From: an uncultured Alphaproteobacteria bacterium
GTDB taxonomy: Bacteria; Pseudomonadota; Alphaproteobacteria; Sphingomonadales; Sphingomonadaceae
Reading direction: 5' to 3'
Assembly: GCA_963774985.1 (NCBI GenBank)
Contig: CAVZHE010000001.1
Span: forward strand, 94,808 to 158,807
DNA length: 64,000 nucleotides
The position numbers were made by a program, and so were the translations under genes. Positions 11,140-20,965 of the stretch are shown here, one piece after another; the stretch's first letter is position 1, and the number at the start of each line of letters is the position of its first letter. The notes under the pieces are model-generated. The model had not been told where the DNA came from, made no database searches, and saw nothing but the letters and a program-made list of their open reading frames with translations.

Positions 11140-11977
11140 ATGTCGGAGGATGCCTCGTCTCATCTGTCACCTTTGATCGACCGTGTGTTTGAAGGATCTG
11201 AGACTGGATACAAGAAAGCCATTATTATTCAGGCCACTGGGAAAGCGGCTGATCCTTCTTTGGATGCGCAGTCGATGCAAAAGGGTGAGGGACTTCAGGA
11301 TCTTGGGATGCCCGCGAATTTGCCAAGCAGACTTTCGTTGAGTGGAACTTGACCGCTGGTAAGCCATCTTCCGATTCTGCTGATCCTTATGTGAGTAACC
11401 CATATCGCATTCCTCAATTCCACATAACCGAGCGTGCGCAAAGACAGAAGAAGGGTGAATTTGACGCGGCCCTAGCCGTACTGGAGACCCTGAATCAGGC
11501 AAACGACGGAGATGAATGCTACGCGAACCTTGTTGCAGTACTCCGAGGATTGAGGCGTTGGGTCGCGGACAAGGACGTTGATTACCCGCTTCCACTGCGA
11601 GCGAGCATGACTTCAGTTTCCAACGCTATCGAGGAATTTTTGGGGCAGAGATCAGGCGGCACGCGCTTGCAAGCATTGGTTGATGCCTTAGTTGAAAGCT
11701 TGTCTTCGGCTGGTTTCGCCTTCAACGAGATTTCCTCAGGGCACATAAATTCTGCCGATGTAGCTTCGAAGAGCGCCGGAGATGTCACGTATACTGTTCA
11801 TGGCAGAACTTCTGCTGTAGAGGTGAAAGATCGCGCGGAACTAAGCACGAATTGTTGGCAACCATCGAAAAGGCGAGAATTGCGTCCGTTACGGACCTTC
11901 TATTCGTTGTCCGAGCGAAAAATCTGCTAGCTAAGGATTTGCAGGCCAGTGATCTTGAAATCGTGATTGAGTTCTAA
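11140..11977 (+). CDS. Hypothetical protein with PD-(D/E)xK-like motif; candidate restriction endonuclease of a low-GC island; about two apparent frameshifts
   Basis: GC about 47% versus about 65% flanks; GD-x13-EVK motif (GDVTYTVHGRTSAVEVKD); sits immediately upstream of a C5-methyltransferase on the same strand. Confidence 0.35.
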
Positions 11978-12197
11978 TTTTCTTCTGGATTGAATGTTTA
12001 TATTGAAAAATTTGGGCGATCTTCTGTCGAGTTTGCCTCACCCTAATTGGCGAAAGCGGCAGGCGCACATTCCTTGAGGAGGTCGGAGTTAGTCTTTCAA
12101 AACAAGGCGCGGACATTTCGCACAAATGGGCTTGGGCAAAGATTGTCAAAGGACATCTGATTCAACGTCATGTTCTGAGAACATCGGAGAGAAATAG

Positions 12198-13120
12198 ATG
12201 CGTGCCGTTGACCTATTTGTGGGGTGGAGGGTTGTCCTGTGGGCTGAAAATCAGCGGACTGGTCTGTCGAGGCTGCGATTGAGCTTGATCGCACTGCCCT
12301 TGAGACACATCGCGCAAACTTTCCTGAGAGTGAGCATATCTGCGAGGACGTGAGAGAAATCGATTTTCGACGTTTTGCTGGCATCGATTTGATCGCAGGC
12401 GGACCGCCTTGCCAGCCATTTTCTGTAAGCGGAAAGCGCCTGGGCCAATTCGACGTAAGGGACATGGTGCCAGAGTTTGTCCGTGTGTGGCCTAGGCGAA
12501 GCCTAGAGCATTTTTGTTGGAGAACGTGGCAGGTCTGACGGGATCACGATTTTCAGAATACTTAGGGACTAAGATTTCGGATTTGCATACGATAGGTTAC
12601 ACTGTATTTTCGAAAAGGACTCGATGCTTCGAATTTTGGAGTTGCCCAAAAAGCGGAAGAGATTATTTTTGGTCGGCCTTCGTGCGGATCAAGATGGGTT
12701 GTTTGAGTTTCCCGAACCTAGCCACGATGGTAGTGCGGAGAGGCCGTTTTTGACGGTCGATAGGTGCCTCCAAAATACCCCAGAAGACCTGCCCAATCGA
12801 GCAAGGGTGGTTTTTTGCAAAAATCCAGTTTTGCGCCGTTCACCTTATGCTGGCATGATGTTTAACGGCAAAGGGCGGCCGTTACCCTGTGATGGCTTGT
12901 CCAGACGGTTCCTGCAAGCGCTGGCGGTAATCGAACTCACATCCGTGATCCATTGAAGCTCATCCCGGAATATCATTCATCTTTGTTGGCAGGGGGCCGG
13001 CCGAGGAAAGGTGACCTTGAGGGTGTACAGCGGCTTACCGTCAGAGAGTCTGCCCGCCTTCAATCCTTTCCAGATGAATTTGTTTTGGCGGGAGACAAAG
13101 TGCCCGATACTCACAGGTAG
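12198..13120 (+). CDS. DNA (cytosine-5)-methyltransferase, multiple frame breaks (possibly a pseudogene)
   Basis: C5-MTase motifs spread over three frames: MRAVDLF (motif I region), GGPPCQPFS (motif IV), ENV (MLENVAGL), RKRLFLVG, C-terminal RLTVRESARLQSFPDEFVLAGDKVP. Confidence 0.8.
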
Positions 13121-13281
13121 GAAACGCGGTTCCTCCCCTGCTTGCGCGGGCCGTCGCTAAGCGGGCCCCCGGGAAGCACTGGTTTAATTTTGGCACCACC
13201 CCCCCCCTTTCCTACACCCCCCATTCCATGCCCTACTGCGCGGTTCCGTCCCCCACACCGCACCGCAAGAAGGCATAACCC

Positions 13282-14289
13282 ATGCACCACCCCGATCCCG
13301 CCCAGTTCGCGCGCCAGCTCCCCGTCCTCCACGCCAGCGCCAAGGCCGACCCGGACAGTGCCCCCGACGAGCACCCCCACAGCGGCCCCGGTCGCCCGCC
13401 GTACCTGACGCCCGACAAGCAGGCCGCGTTCTGCAACTCGCTCTCGCATCACGGCAATGTCCGGCTCGCCTGCCGCGCGCTCGGCATATCCTCGCAGACC
13501 GCCTATCGCGCCCGCCGCGCCTATCCCGCCATGCGCGCGTGCTGGGATGCGGCGCTGTTGCTCGCGCGTGAGGCGGTGGAGGAGGTGCTGGCGGATCGCG
13601 CGCTGCACGGGGTGGAGGAGGCGGTGTATTATCACGGCGAGGAAGTGGCGCGGCGGCGGCGGTATGACAGCCGCCTGCTGCTCGCGCACCTCGCCCGGCT
13701 CGACGCCCGCGCCGCGCGCCAGCGGGTGTGCTCCGGCTGCGGCTCGCCCGCGGTGGACGAGGGCAATTTCGACGCGGCGCTGGAGCGGCTGGGGGAGGGC
13801 GCGCACTTTGCCCCAGGACAGTGCTCCATGTGCTCCATAATTGCCGATGATCCGGCTGCGGAAGCGGCGGCGGAGGCGGCTAGCGAGGCGGGGGAAGCGG
13901 GGGAAAGCGTCCCGCCCAAGGTCCCTCCATGCCCCGATTGCGGCGGCCAGTGTCTGCTGCTGGACGAGGACCCCGATGCCCGGCTCACCCAGGCGGACTG
14001 CATGTGGCTGGGCAACCGGCTGGAGCGGATGCACGACGCGCGCCCGCGCGGTGCGCTCGCCCCGCACGCGCTCGCAACCCGCGATGTCACCGCGTGGGAT
14101 ATCGAGGTTGCGCAGCTTGAGGCCTTCGAAGCAGGCGAGGACGAGTGGTGGCTGGTGGGCGCGCTCGATGTGGACGATCTGGATTGGCCCTATGCGCCAG
14201 AGCGGGCGGCAGAGCGGGCGCAGGAGGAGGCGCCAGAGCGGGCGCCAGAGCTGGAGCAGGAGGATTGCAGCGCGGCGCAATCGGCGTAA
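13282..14289 (+). CDS. Hypothetical protein with N-terminal HTH-like segment, Cys-x2-Cys pairs and an acidic C-terminus
   Basis: HGNVRLACRALGISSQTAYRARR resembles a DNA-binding HTH; CSGCG...CSMCS...CPDCGGQC zinc-ribbon-like; E/A-rich tail. Confidence 0.45.
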   Translation: MHHPDPAQFARQLPVLHASAKADPDSAPDEHPHSGPGRPPYLTPDKQAAFCNSLSHHGNVRLACRALGISSQTAYRARRAYPAMRACWDAALLLAREAVEEVLADRALHGVEEAVYYHGEEVARRRRYDSRLLLAHLARLDARAARQRVCSGCGSPAVDEGNFDAALERLGEGAHFAPGQCSMCSIIADDPAAEAAAEAASEAGEAGESVPPKVPPCPDCGGQCLLLDEDPDARLTQADCMWLGNRLERMHDARPRGALAPHALATRDVTAWDIEVAQLEAFEAGEDEWWLVGALDVDDLDWPYAPERAAERAQEEAPERAPELEQEDCSAAQSA

Positions 14290-14330
14290 ACTCGTGCGCA
14301 TGCGGCGATGCCGGAGTCGCCGGGGCTGCG

Positions 14331-14798
14331 ATGAGGAGACGGGACATGCGGCAAGGTGGAGCGATGGTGCGCGGGCTCTGCGCCTGCGCGTTGGCGGCGG
14401 TGACGGCGTTGACCGGAGGAGCGGCCAGTCCGGCCTGGGCGCAGGACAGCGCCTTCCTCAGCGCCAACCTCTATGGCGAACAGGTGGTCGGCGGCGGGGA
14501 CGATGACGCCTCGGCAGACTGGAACGCGGAGGTCTTCACCTCTGGGCGGCTGTGCTACTTCCTCGATCTGGAGGAGCTCGACAATGCGAGTTCGGTGGCG
14601 CTCCATCGCGGCGCGGCGGGCGAGGAGGGGGCCTTGGTGATCGCGCTGGAGCTGCCGGGGCCGGATGGGGACGAGGTGTGCGTTGAGGCCGATGCCGCGC
14701 TGCTGGCCGAAGTGGTGGCGCAGCCCGACGCGTTCTACGTCCAGATCGCCTCCAGCCGCCACAGCAACGGCGCGGTGCGGGGGCAATTGAGCGAGTAG
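14331..14798 (+). CDS. CHRD-domain secreted protein
   Basis: Signal peptide then CHRD-like pattern (LSANLYGEQVV...FTSGRLCYFLDLEEL...VALHRGAAGEEGALVIAL...DAFYVQIASSRHSNGAVRGQL). Confidence 0.55.
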   Translation: MRRRDMRQGGAMVRGLCACALAAVTALTGGAASPAWAQDSAFLSANLYGEQVVGGGDDDASADWNAEVFTSGRLCYFLDLEELDNASSVALHRGAAGEEGALVIALELPGPDGDEVCVEADAALLAEVVAQPDAFYVQIASSRHSNGAVRGQLSE

Positions 14799-14814
14799 GA
14801 GAGGAGAGAGGATC

Positions 14815-15240
14815 ATGACTGAGCCGCGTAATCGCCTGTTCCGCTGGATCACCTACGGACCCGGCAATGCCGCCGACACCCGGTCGCGGGTGCCCGACTG
14901 GATCAAGGTGCAGGAGCTGCCGCCCGCCGCGATGGAGCAACACTTCAAGGAGGTGTTCATCACCGGCGGCCAGGTCAGCGAAGCGCGCAAGCCCGGCCGG
15001 GTCAAGTTCAACAATATCGTGCTTGAGCGGGGCGTGGTGGACGAGGGAAAGCCCATGCTGCGCGTGCTGGCGGCGGGCGATGGATCGGTGCGGCCGGGTG
15101 ATCGCCACGCGGAACTGCGGTTCAAGGACGAAGCTGGGCACACCGCGATCCTGCAGGGTGCGCAGGTGCTTTCGGTCAAGGACGCTGCGGGCGGTGAAGG
15201 GCAGGAGTGGTCGATCGCCTACGAAGCGATCCAACGCTAG
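14815..15240 (+). CDS. Phage contractile-tail tube-like protein (T4 gp19 / Afp1 / PF06841-like), solitary
   Basis: LFRWITYG...FKEVFITGGQVSEARKPGRVKFNNIVLERGVVDEG...ELRFKDEAGHTAIL...WSIAYEAI matches the conserved tube-protein pattern; very strong SD AGGAGAGGAGAGAGG before ATG. Confidence 0.5.
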   Translation: MTEPRNRLFRWITYGPGNAADTRSRVPDWIKVQELPPAAMEQHFKEVFITGGQVSEARKPGRVKFNNIVLERGVVDEGKPMLRVLAAGDGSVRPGDRHAELRFKDEAGHTAILQGAQVLSVKDAAGGEGQEWSIAYEAIQR

Positions 15241-15250
15241 GGCCGGGTGG

Positions 15251-15796
15251 TTAGTCGAGCAGTTCCAGCTCCACCGAGCCGTGCCCGGCGCGGACGATGC
15301 CGACGGTTTCCGCAGCAGCGCGGCTGAGATCGATGGTGCGGCCCCGCGTGAACGGCCCGCGATCGTTGATGCGGACCACGACCGACTGGCCATTGCGCGG
15401 ATTGGTCACCCGCACGCGGCTGCCGAAGGGCAGGGTGCGGTGCGCGGCGGTGAGCGCGGTGTTGGAGAAGGTCTCGCCATTGGCGGTGCGGCGGCCGTTG
15501 AAGTGATCGGCGTAGTAGGAGGCCACGCCGCTGCCGAGCAAAGTGCCTTCGGAAGTGGCGGGCTCGATGGTAGTGATGTCGACCGCGGCGGCGGAGAGCA
15601 CGGGTTCGGCGGGGGTTTCGAAGGCAGCAAAAGCCTCTTCGAACTGGGCCTGTTCACTGGGTACGAACACTGGGCCGCTGATGGCTGTGGCGGCAGTGGT
15701 GGCGGCGAGTTCTGCGCGCTGGTCCTGCTGGGCATAGCCCGCGCCGGTGGCGGAGAAGGCAGCGAGGGCGGCGAGCCCGACGAGCATTCTCGGCAT
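15251..15796 (-). CDS. rlpA: Septal ring lytic transglycosylase RlpA-family protein (DPBB domain)
   Basis: [17 protein letters not shown]...[35 protein letters not shown] motif; signal peptide; alternative start at 15868. Confidence 0.8.
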   Translation of the reverse strand: MPRMLVGLAALAAFSATGAGYAQQDQRAELAATTAATAISGPVFVPSEQAQFEEAFAAFETPAEPVLSAAAVDITTIEPATSEGTLLGSGVASYYADHFNGRRTANGETFSNTALTAAHRTLPFGSRVRVTNPRNGQSVVVRINDRGPFTRGRTIDLSRAAAETVGIVRAGHGSVELELLD

Positions 15797-16636
15797 AGTG
15801 CGGGCGCGGCGTGCTTTCGCAGGGCCTTGGGCCTTGGTGGTTGGTTTCCCGTCCATGCGGGTGCCCATAAGCCCCCAAGGTAAAGGTTCCCAAACCGGCG
15901 CAACGCTTCGCCGATGGGGAGGGGCGGTTCACCGTGAAATGGTGGCCGAAATGGGGCGAAGTGCCCTTTCCTACAGGGGCGACCGTGCGGCAAATGGCCC
16001 GTTTGACGGTCAAACGACTCGGTTGGAGCGGGAATTGTAGGGAGAAGAGTGGCGCGCAAACCCCGACAGAACCCCCCGCCAAACAGAAATGGGGCCGGCA
16101 TTGCTGCCGACCCCACTCTCACCGGCGTGTGGACCCCCGAAGGGATGCTTGGCGCCTGGCGTGTCTCCTTTCAGCCATTGCCCGAAGGCGCAGGTTGTCC
16201 GGATATGTCGCCCGACGCTCGCGCCGGTGCCGGAGCGGATTTTCCGATTGGCGATACCGCAAAGCGATCTCAGCCCATCTTTCCACCCGTCCGAGACCGG
16301 TTTTGTCCTCTGGTGCTTCAAGCAGTCCTTTCGACACCGGAGTGTCTCCATTCCCTCGGCACCGGATTTCTCCTCCGGCCTTTCCCAATGATTGCCGCTT
16401 GCGGTTTCAACGGTCCGTTTGGCTTGCTGCTTCCGAAGAAGCGTTCGGCTGCCCTTTCCTCCTCCGCGATACTGCGATCATCGCGTCGATTTTGTCCGGT
16501 CTCTCCTGTGTCCGGATCGGCAAGCGATCCTTCGTGGTGGAGACTTTCCGTCTTCGATGCTTGGAGAATGCGCGCGGCGACTGAGTCGGGCAAGGGCGCG
16601 AGCGTCGACTTATCCACTTTCAAGCGGAATGCCAGT

Positions 16637-16675
16637 GGACAAGGCTGGATAAGTCAACGGCTCACCGCAAGGCGA
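16637..16675. terminator. Stem-loop (GTCAACGGCTC-loop-GAGCCGTTGAC) downstream of argG
   Basis: Perfect 11 bp stem with 9 nt loop immediately 3' of argG on the minus strand; no obvious U-tract. Confidence 0.4.
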
Positions 16676-16715
16676 GCCGTTGACAAGCAGATTACCGGAA
16701 TGTGGCGGAAAAGGC

Positions 16716-17935
16716 CTAGCGGCGGTCCCGCTGCGCCAGCAATCGCAGCCGCAGCGCATTCAGTTTGATGAACCCGCCCGCGTCGGCCTGGTCGTAAGCG
16801 CCTGCATCGTCCTCGAAGGTCACATGCGCTTCCGAATAGAGCGAGTTGGCCGACTTCCGCCCGACCACACTCGCCACGCCCTTGTACAGCTTCAGCCGCA
16901 CCGTGCCGCTCACCTTGGCCTGCGACAGGTCAATCGCCGCCTGCAACATCTCGCGCTCCGGGCTGAACCAGAAGCCGTTGTAGATCAGCTCGGCATATTT
17001 GGGCATCAGCTCATCCTTGAGATGCGCCGCGCCGCGATCCAGCGTGATCTGTTCGATCCCGCGATGCGCGCGGGCGTAGATCTCGCCGCCGGGGGTTTCG
17101 TACATGCCGCGCGACTTCATGCCGACGAAGCGGTTCTCGACCAGATCGAGCCGCCCGATCCCGTGGCGGCGGCCCAGTTCATTGAGCGCGGTGAGCAGCG
17201 TGGCGGGGCTCATCGCCGCGCCATTCAGCGCCACCCCGTCGCCGCATTCGAAATCGATGGTGATGTATTCGGGCACATCGGGCGCGCTCTTCCGGGATGC
17301 TCGGTGCGCGAATAGACGTAGTCGGGCACTTCTTCCCACGGGTCTTCCAGCACCTTGCCCTCGGACGAGGTGTGCAGCAGGTTCGCATCGGTGGAGAAGG
17401 GGCTTTCGCCGCGCTTGTCCTTGGGCACCTGAATCTGGTGCTGTTCGGCCCAGGCGATCAGCGCGGTGCGGCTGGTCAGGTCCCACTCGCGCCACGGCGC
17501 GATCACCTTGATATCGGGGGCGAGGGCATAGGCGGAAAGCTCGAACCGCACCTGATCGTTGCCCTTGCCGGTCGCGCCGTGAGCGATGGCATCGGCGCCG
17601 GTCTCGCGAGCGATTTCCACCAGCCGCTTGGAAATCAGCGGGCGAGCGATAGAGGTGCCGAGCAGGTAATCGCCTTCATAACGGGCATTGGCGCGCATCA
17701 TCGGGAAGACGAAATCGCGGACGAATTCCTCGCGCAGGTCTTCGATGAAAATGTGCTCGTCCGGGATGCCCATTCGTCGTGCCTTCTCGCGCGCGGGCTC
17801 GATCTCCTCGCCCTGGCCGAGATCGGCGGTGAAGGTGACAACCTCCAGCCCGCGCTCGGTCATCAGCCACTTGGCGATCACACTGGTATCAAGGCCGCCC
17901 GAATAGGCGAGGACGACCCGTTTGATTTCAGACAT
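16716..17935 (-). CDS. argG: Argininosuccinate synthase; apparent frameshift near 17290-17330
   Basis: [25 protein letters not shown]-terminus and ArgG C-terminal domain ([19 protein letters not shown]) in adjacent frames. Confidence 0.9.
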
Positions 17936-18104
17936 CGAAGAATCCCGTCGGCAGAAATTGCGTCGCGGCGGTTAGCAGCGAGCGGGGGTTACCGCAATCG
18001 GGCTATCGAGATGCGGATGCTAGCGGCACAAACAGCGCTTGTGTTCGCGCCATTGTGGGGCGATCAAGGATAATCAAGCTTATGGCATTTCCGGGGGCGG
18101 GGCG

Positions 18105-18815
18105 ATGAAGAACTTCATTTTTGGTGCAATAGCGATGCTGGTGCTGTTCATCGGCGGCTATTTCGTGCTCGCCCCGGGGGGTGAGGAAGTGGCTGAGGTC
18201 AGCGCAGAGGCTGAACCCTCGAGAGACACCACGGTAGTTACTCTGGCCAGGAGCGGGAGCGGGGGCGAGGGCAACGGCGGGGTGCTGGTCTTCATCGGCG
18301 GCGAGTATGCCGTGGCAAAGACGCTGGAAGCAGCGGAAGAAGCAGAAGCGGTCAGGGCAACACCAACGGCGCAAACAACCGCCAATCCCGATCCCCGGCC
18401 CGGCCCAACCGCTACCGCCACGGCAACGGCTACTTCCGCACCAGAGGTTACGCCGGCACCGGAGAGGGTTTGCGTGAGTGGCCCGTATGTCGTGTACTTC
18501 GATCTGGACAGTGCCAGCGTCAACGCCAGCGCCGCAGAAACGCTCAATCGCGTGGCCCAGCAATATCGCCTCAATTGCCCCGGTGCGCGTGTGGCGGTGG
18601 CCGGCCATACCGACGAGGGCGATGGCCGCCGCGATGCTACCAGAATGTCGCAGCGGATGGCGGCCAGCGTGGCGCAATATCTGGGTTCGCGTGGCGTACC
18701 GGGCGGCTCGATTTCGACCGAGGCATTAGGTCGGTCGCAGCCGCGCGTCAGGACAGAAGAAGGAGTGAGCGATCCGCAGAACCGCCGGGTGGAAATTACC
18801 TTCGGGCGCTCCTGA
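18105..18815 (+). CDS. OmpA-family peptidoglycan-associated protein with Ala/Pro/Thr-rich linker
   Basis: TM/signal N-terminus, low-complexity linker, C-terminal OmpA_C-like domain (VAVAGHTDEGDGRRDATRMSQRMAASVAQYL...NRRVEI). Confidence 0.75.
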   Translation: MKNFIFGAIAMLVLFIGGYFVLAPGGEEVAEVSAEAEPSRDTTVVTLARSGSGGEGNGGVLVFIGGEYAVAKTLEAAEEAEAVRATPTAQTTANPDPRPGPTATATATATSAPEVTPAPERVCVSGPYVVYFDLDSASVNASAAETLNRVAQQYRLNCPGARVAVAGHTDEGDGRRDATRMSQRMAASVAQYLGSRGVPGGSISTEALGRSQPRVRTEEGVSDPQNRRVEITFGRS

Positions 18816-18851
18816 ATTCGGGCGCTGCTAGTAAGGGTCTGGGCAAGGTCG

Positions 18852-19091
18852 CTAGACGGCCTTGCCCATCCACACCGGGCGGGCTGCGTCGCCGCCTTCG
18901 AACATCACCCAGACGCGCGTGCCCGGCGCGGGCGAGTTCGCACCGTGCATTGAGGAGGACCCGCCCGGCAGGCAGGCCTCCGCCCAAGTCGATTGCAGGC
19001 CAACGCTGGGAACGCTTACCTTGATGCGGGAGCGGGCCTGCGGGTCCATGCTGTCTTCGACATTTGCACGATACAGGCCCGCATAGGTCAT
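18852..19091 (-). CDS. Small gpV/gp5-like OB-fold protein (phage baseplate spike N-terminal domain-like), start overlaps cfa stop (ATGA)
   Basis: GLYRANVEDSMDPQARSRIKVSVPSVGL...WAEACLPGGSSSMHG...PAPGTRVWVMFEGGDAARPVWMG matches the Phage_base_V OB-domain pattern. Confidence 0.4.
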   Translation of the reverse strand: MTYAGLYRANVEDSMDPQARSRIKVSVPSVGLQSTWAEACLPGGSSSMHGANSPAPGTRVWVMFEGGDAARPVWMGKAV

Positions 19092-20401
19092 TCAGCCGCC
19101 TCCTTCAGCGCCGGATCGAGGCTCCACACTGGCGGTTCTTCCAGGGCCCGCAATCGCGCCGACTCTTCATACATGTAATCGCGGGTCATGGGAATGGCGC
19201 TGCGGTCCTTCACGTAGAGGATCTGCCAGTTGATCATGTTGCCGTTGCGGAAGCTCTGCTCTGCGCCCGCCAGATAGAACAGCCACATGCGGTAGAACAC
19301 CTCGTCATACATTGCGACGATCTCGTCCTTGTGCAAAACGGTGCGGTTGTACCATTCCTCCAGCGTGTGGCAGTAGTGGAAGCGCATCGCCTCCACATCC
19401 ATCACCTGCCAGCCGTACTGCTCGCTCTGGGTGACCAGTTCGGACAGCGCGGGGATGTAGCCGCCGGGGAAGATATACTTGCGGGTCCAGGCGTCGGTGA
19501 AGCCGGGGCGGCCGGCGCGGCCGCAGCAGTGGCTGAACATCACCCCGTCCTTCTTCAGCAGCTTGGCGGTATGCTCGAAGAACTGCGGGTAATGCGGGGT
19601 GCCGACATGTTCGAGCAGGCCGACCGAGGTGATCCGGTCAAACTTGCCCTCGACCTCGCGGTAATCCATCAGCGCGAACTTGACCTTGTCGGATACGCCC
19701 GCTTCAGCGGCGCGTTCCTTGCAGAAGGCGATCTGATCGGGCGCCAGCGCCACGCCGAGCACTTCGCAGCCGAAGGTGCGGTGGAGATAGAGCGCGAAGC
19801 CGCCCCAGCCGCAGCCGATATCGAGCACCCGCATGGAGGGCCCGTTTTCGGCGGTGATATTGAGCTTGGCGGCGATATGCGCTTTCTTGTCGAGCTGCGC
19901 CTTTTCCAGGCTGTCGTTCAGATCGCGGTGGTAGCCCATCGTGTATTGCCGGTCCTCGTCGAGGAACAGCTCGTACAGGCGGCGGGTGAGATTGTAGGTG
20001 TGCTCGGCGTTCTTGCGGGCCTTGCCCGGCAGGTTGATGCTGTCGGCCTTGGCAATCGCCTTCTGCACCGCAGTGCGGATCGCGCCGCGTGGCTGAAGCG
20101 GAACATCGCCCAGCTTCTTTGCGTTCTGCGTGGCGAACAGGATCATGTCGCGGATATCGTGCGGTTCTTCCACAACCAGCCAGCCCCACATGAAAGCTTC
20201 GCCCGCGCCGCATTGCGGATAGCGGGCGATGTGGCTGGAAGCCTTCTTGTTCGTCAGGCGGACGCGGATCGGCCCCCGGTCCATCCCGTGCAGCGCCAGA
20301 TCGACGCCGGGGCCGTATTCATAGACCTTCCCGTCATAGTCGGTGATGACCATGCGGCCGCGCTTCATTGCTTGCTTCAGAAATTTGTCGAGCAGCCACA
20401 T
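19088..20401 (-). CDS. cfa: Cyclopropane-fatty-acyl-phospholipid synthase
   Basis: VLDIGCGWGGFALYL SAM-binding motif and Cfa-specific C-terminal region (MRFHYCHTLEEWYNR...FYRMWLFYLAGAEQSF). Confidence 0.85.
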   Translation of the reverse strand: MWLLDKFLKQAMKRGRMVITDYDGKVYEYGPGVDLALHGMDRGPIRVRLTNKKASSHIARYPQCGAGEAFMWGWLVVEEPHDIRDMILFATQNAKKLGDVPLQPRGAIRTAVQKAIAKADSINLPGKARKNAEHTYNLTRRLYELFLDEDRQYTMGYHRDLNDSLEKAQLDKKAHIAAKLNITAENGPSMRVLDIGCGWGGFALYLHRTFGCEVLGVALAPDQIAFCKERAAEAGVSDKVKFALMDYREVEGKFDRITSVGLLEHVGTPHYPQFFEHTAKLLKKDGVMFSHCCGRAGRPGFTDAWTRKYIFPGGYIPALSELVTQSEQYGWQVMDVEAMRFHYCHTLEEWYNRTVLHKDEIVAMYDEVFYRMWLFYLAGAEQSFRNGNMINWQILYVKDRSAIPMTRDYMYEESARLRALEEPPVWSLDPALKEAAE

Positions 20402-20498
20402 AAGGCTTACGTCCCCCGGATTGTTATTGTCTCGATGCGAGCGCAAGGTTTTGCGCAGCGATTGGCGCGAAGTCAATTCTCGGTTATTGTCTTCCCTC

Positions 20499-20935
20499 AT
20501 GAGCGAGAACAAGACCAAGCCTACCGCGCAGGCGGTGGAGGACTTCATTGCCGCCGTCGGGCACCCCGGCAAGCAGGCGGACGCGCACGTGCTCGATGCG
20601 CTGTTCCGCAAGGTGACGGGGCAGGAACGCCGCGATGTGGGGGCCGACGATCATCGGCTATGGCCAGTATCATTATCGCTACGAAAGCGGGCGCGAGGGC
20701 GACATGTGCCGGGTGGGCTTCTCCCCGCGCAAGGCCAAGCATTCGCTGTATGTGATGTCATGCGGCGATGACAAGGACGAGGCGGCTTTCGCGCCATTGC
20801 TTGCCCGACTTGGCAAATATTCGCGCGGCGCGGCGGTGCCTCTATGTCAATAAGCTGGGGGATGTGGATCTGGGCGTGGTGGAGGAAATGATCGCGCTCG
20901 GGTGGCAGAAATCATTTGAAAGGTGGCCGACCTGA
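20499..20935 (+). CDS. DUF1801 (YdhG-like) domain protein; one apparent frameshift
   Basis: MWGPTIIGYGQYHYRYESGREGDMCRVGFSPRKAKHSLYVM is the DUF1801 core; N-terminal part in adjacent frame. Confidence 0.55.
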
Positions 20936-20965
20936 TGGCTGGTTCGGCCCGACTGGGGTGGCCTT

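Noticed and set aside
12198-13120. Calling the C5-methyltransferase a definite pseudogene
   Set aside because: The frame-break density here is no higher than in essential genes such as recA and uvrA, so sequencing error cannot be excluded.
15988-16004. TTGAC-GG-TCAA as a possible FNR/CRP-type site
   Set aside because: The half-site spacing is wrong for FNR/CRP (TTGAT-N4-ATCAA). It is retained only as an unexplained palindrome.
16049-16768. 239 aa ORF in the rlpA-argG intergenic region
   Set aside because: No start context, Pro/Arg-rich composition and no homology-like motifs. It was treated as non-coding and reported as an ORF-poor region instead.
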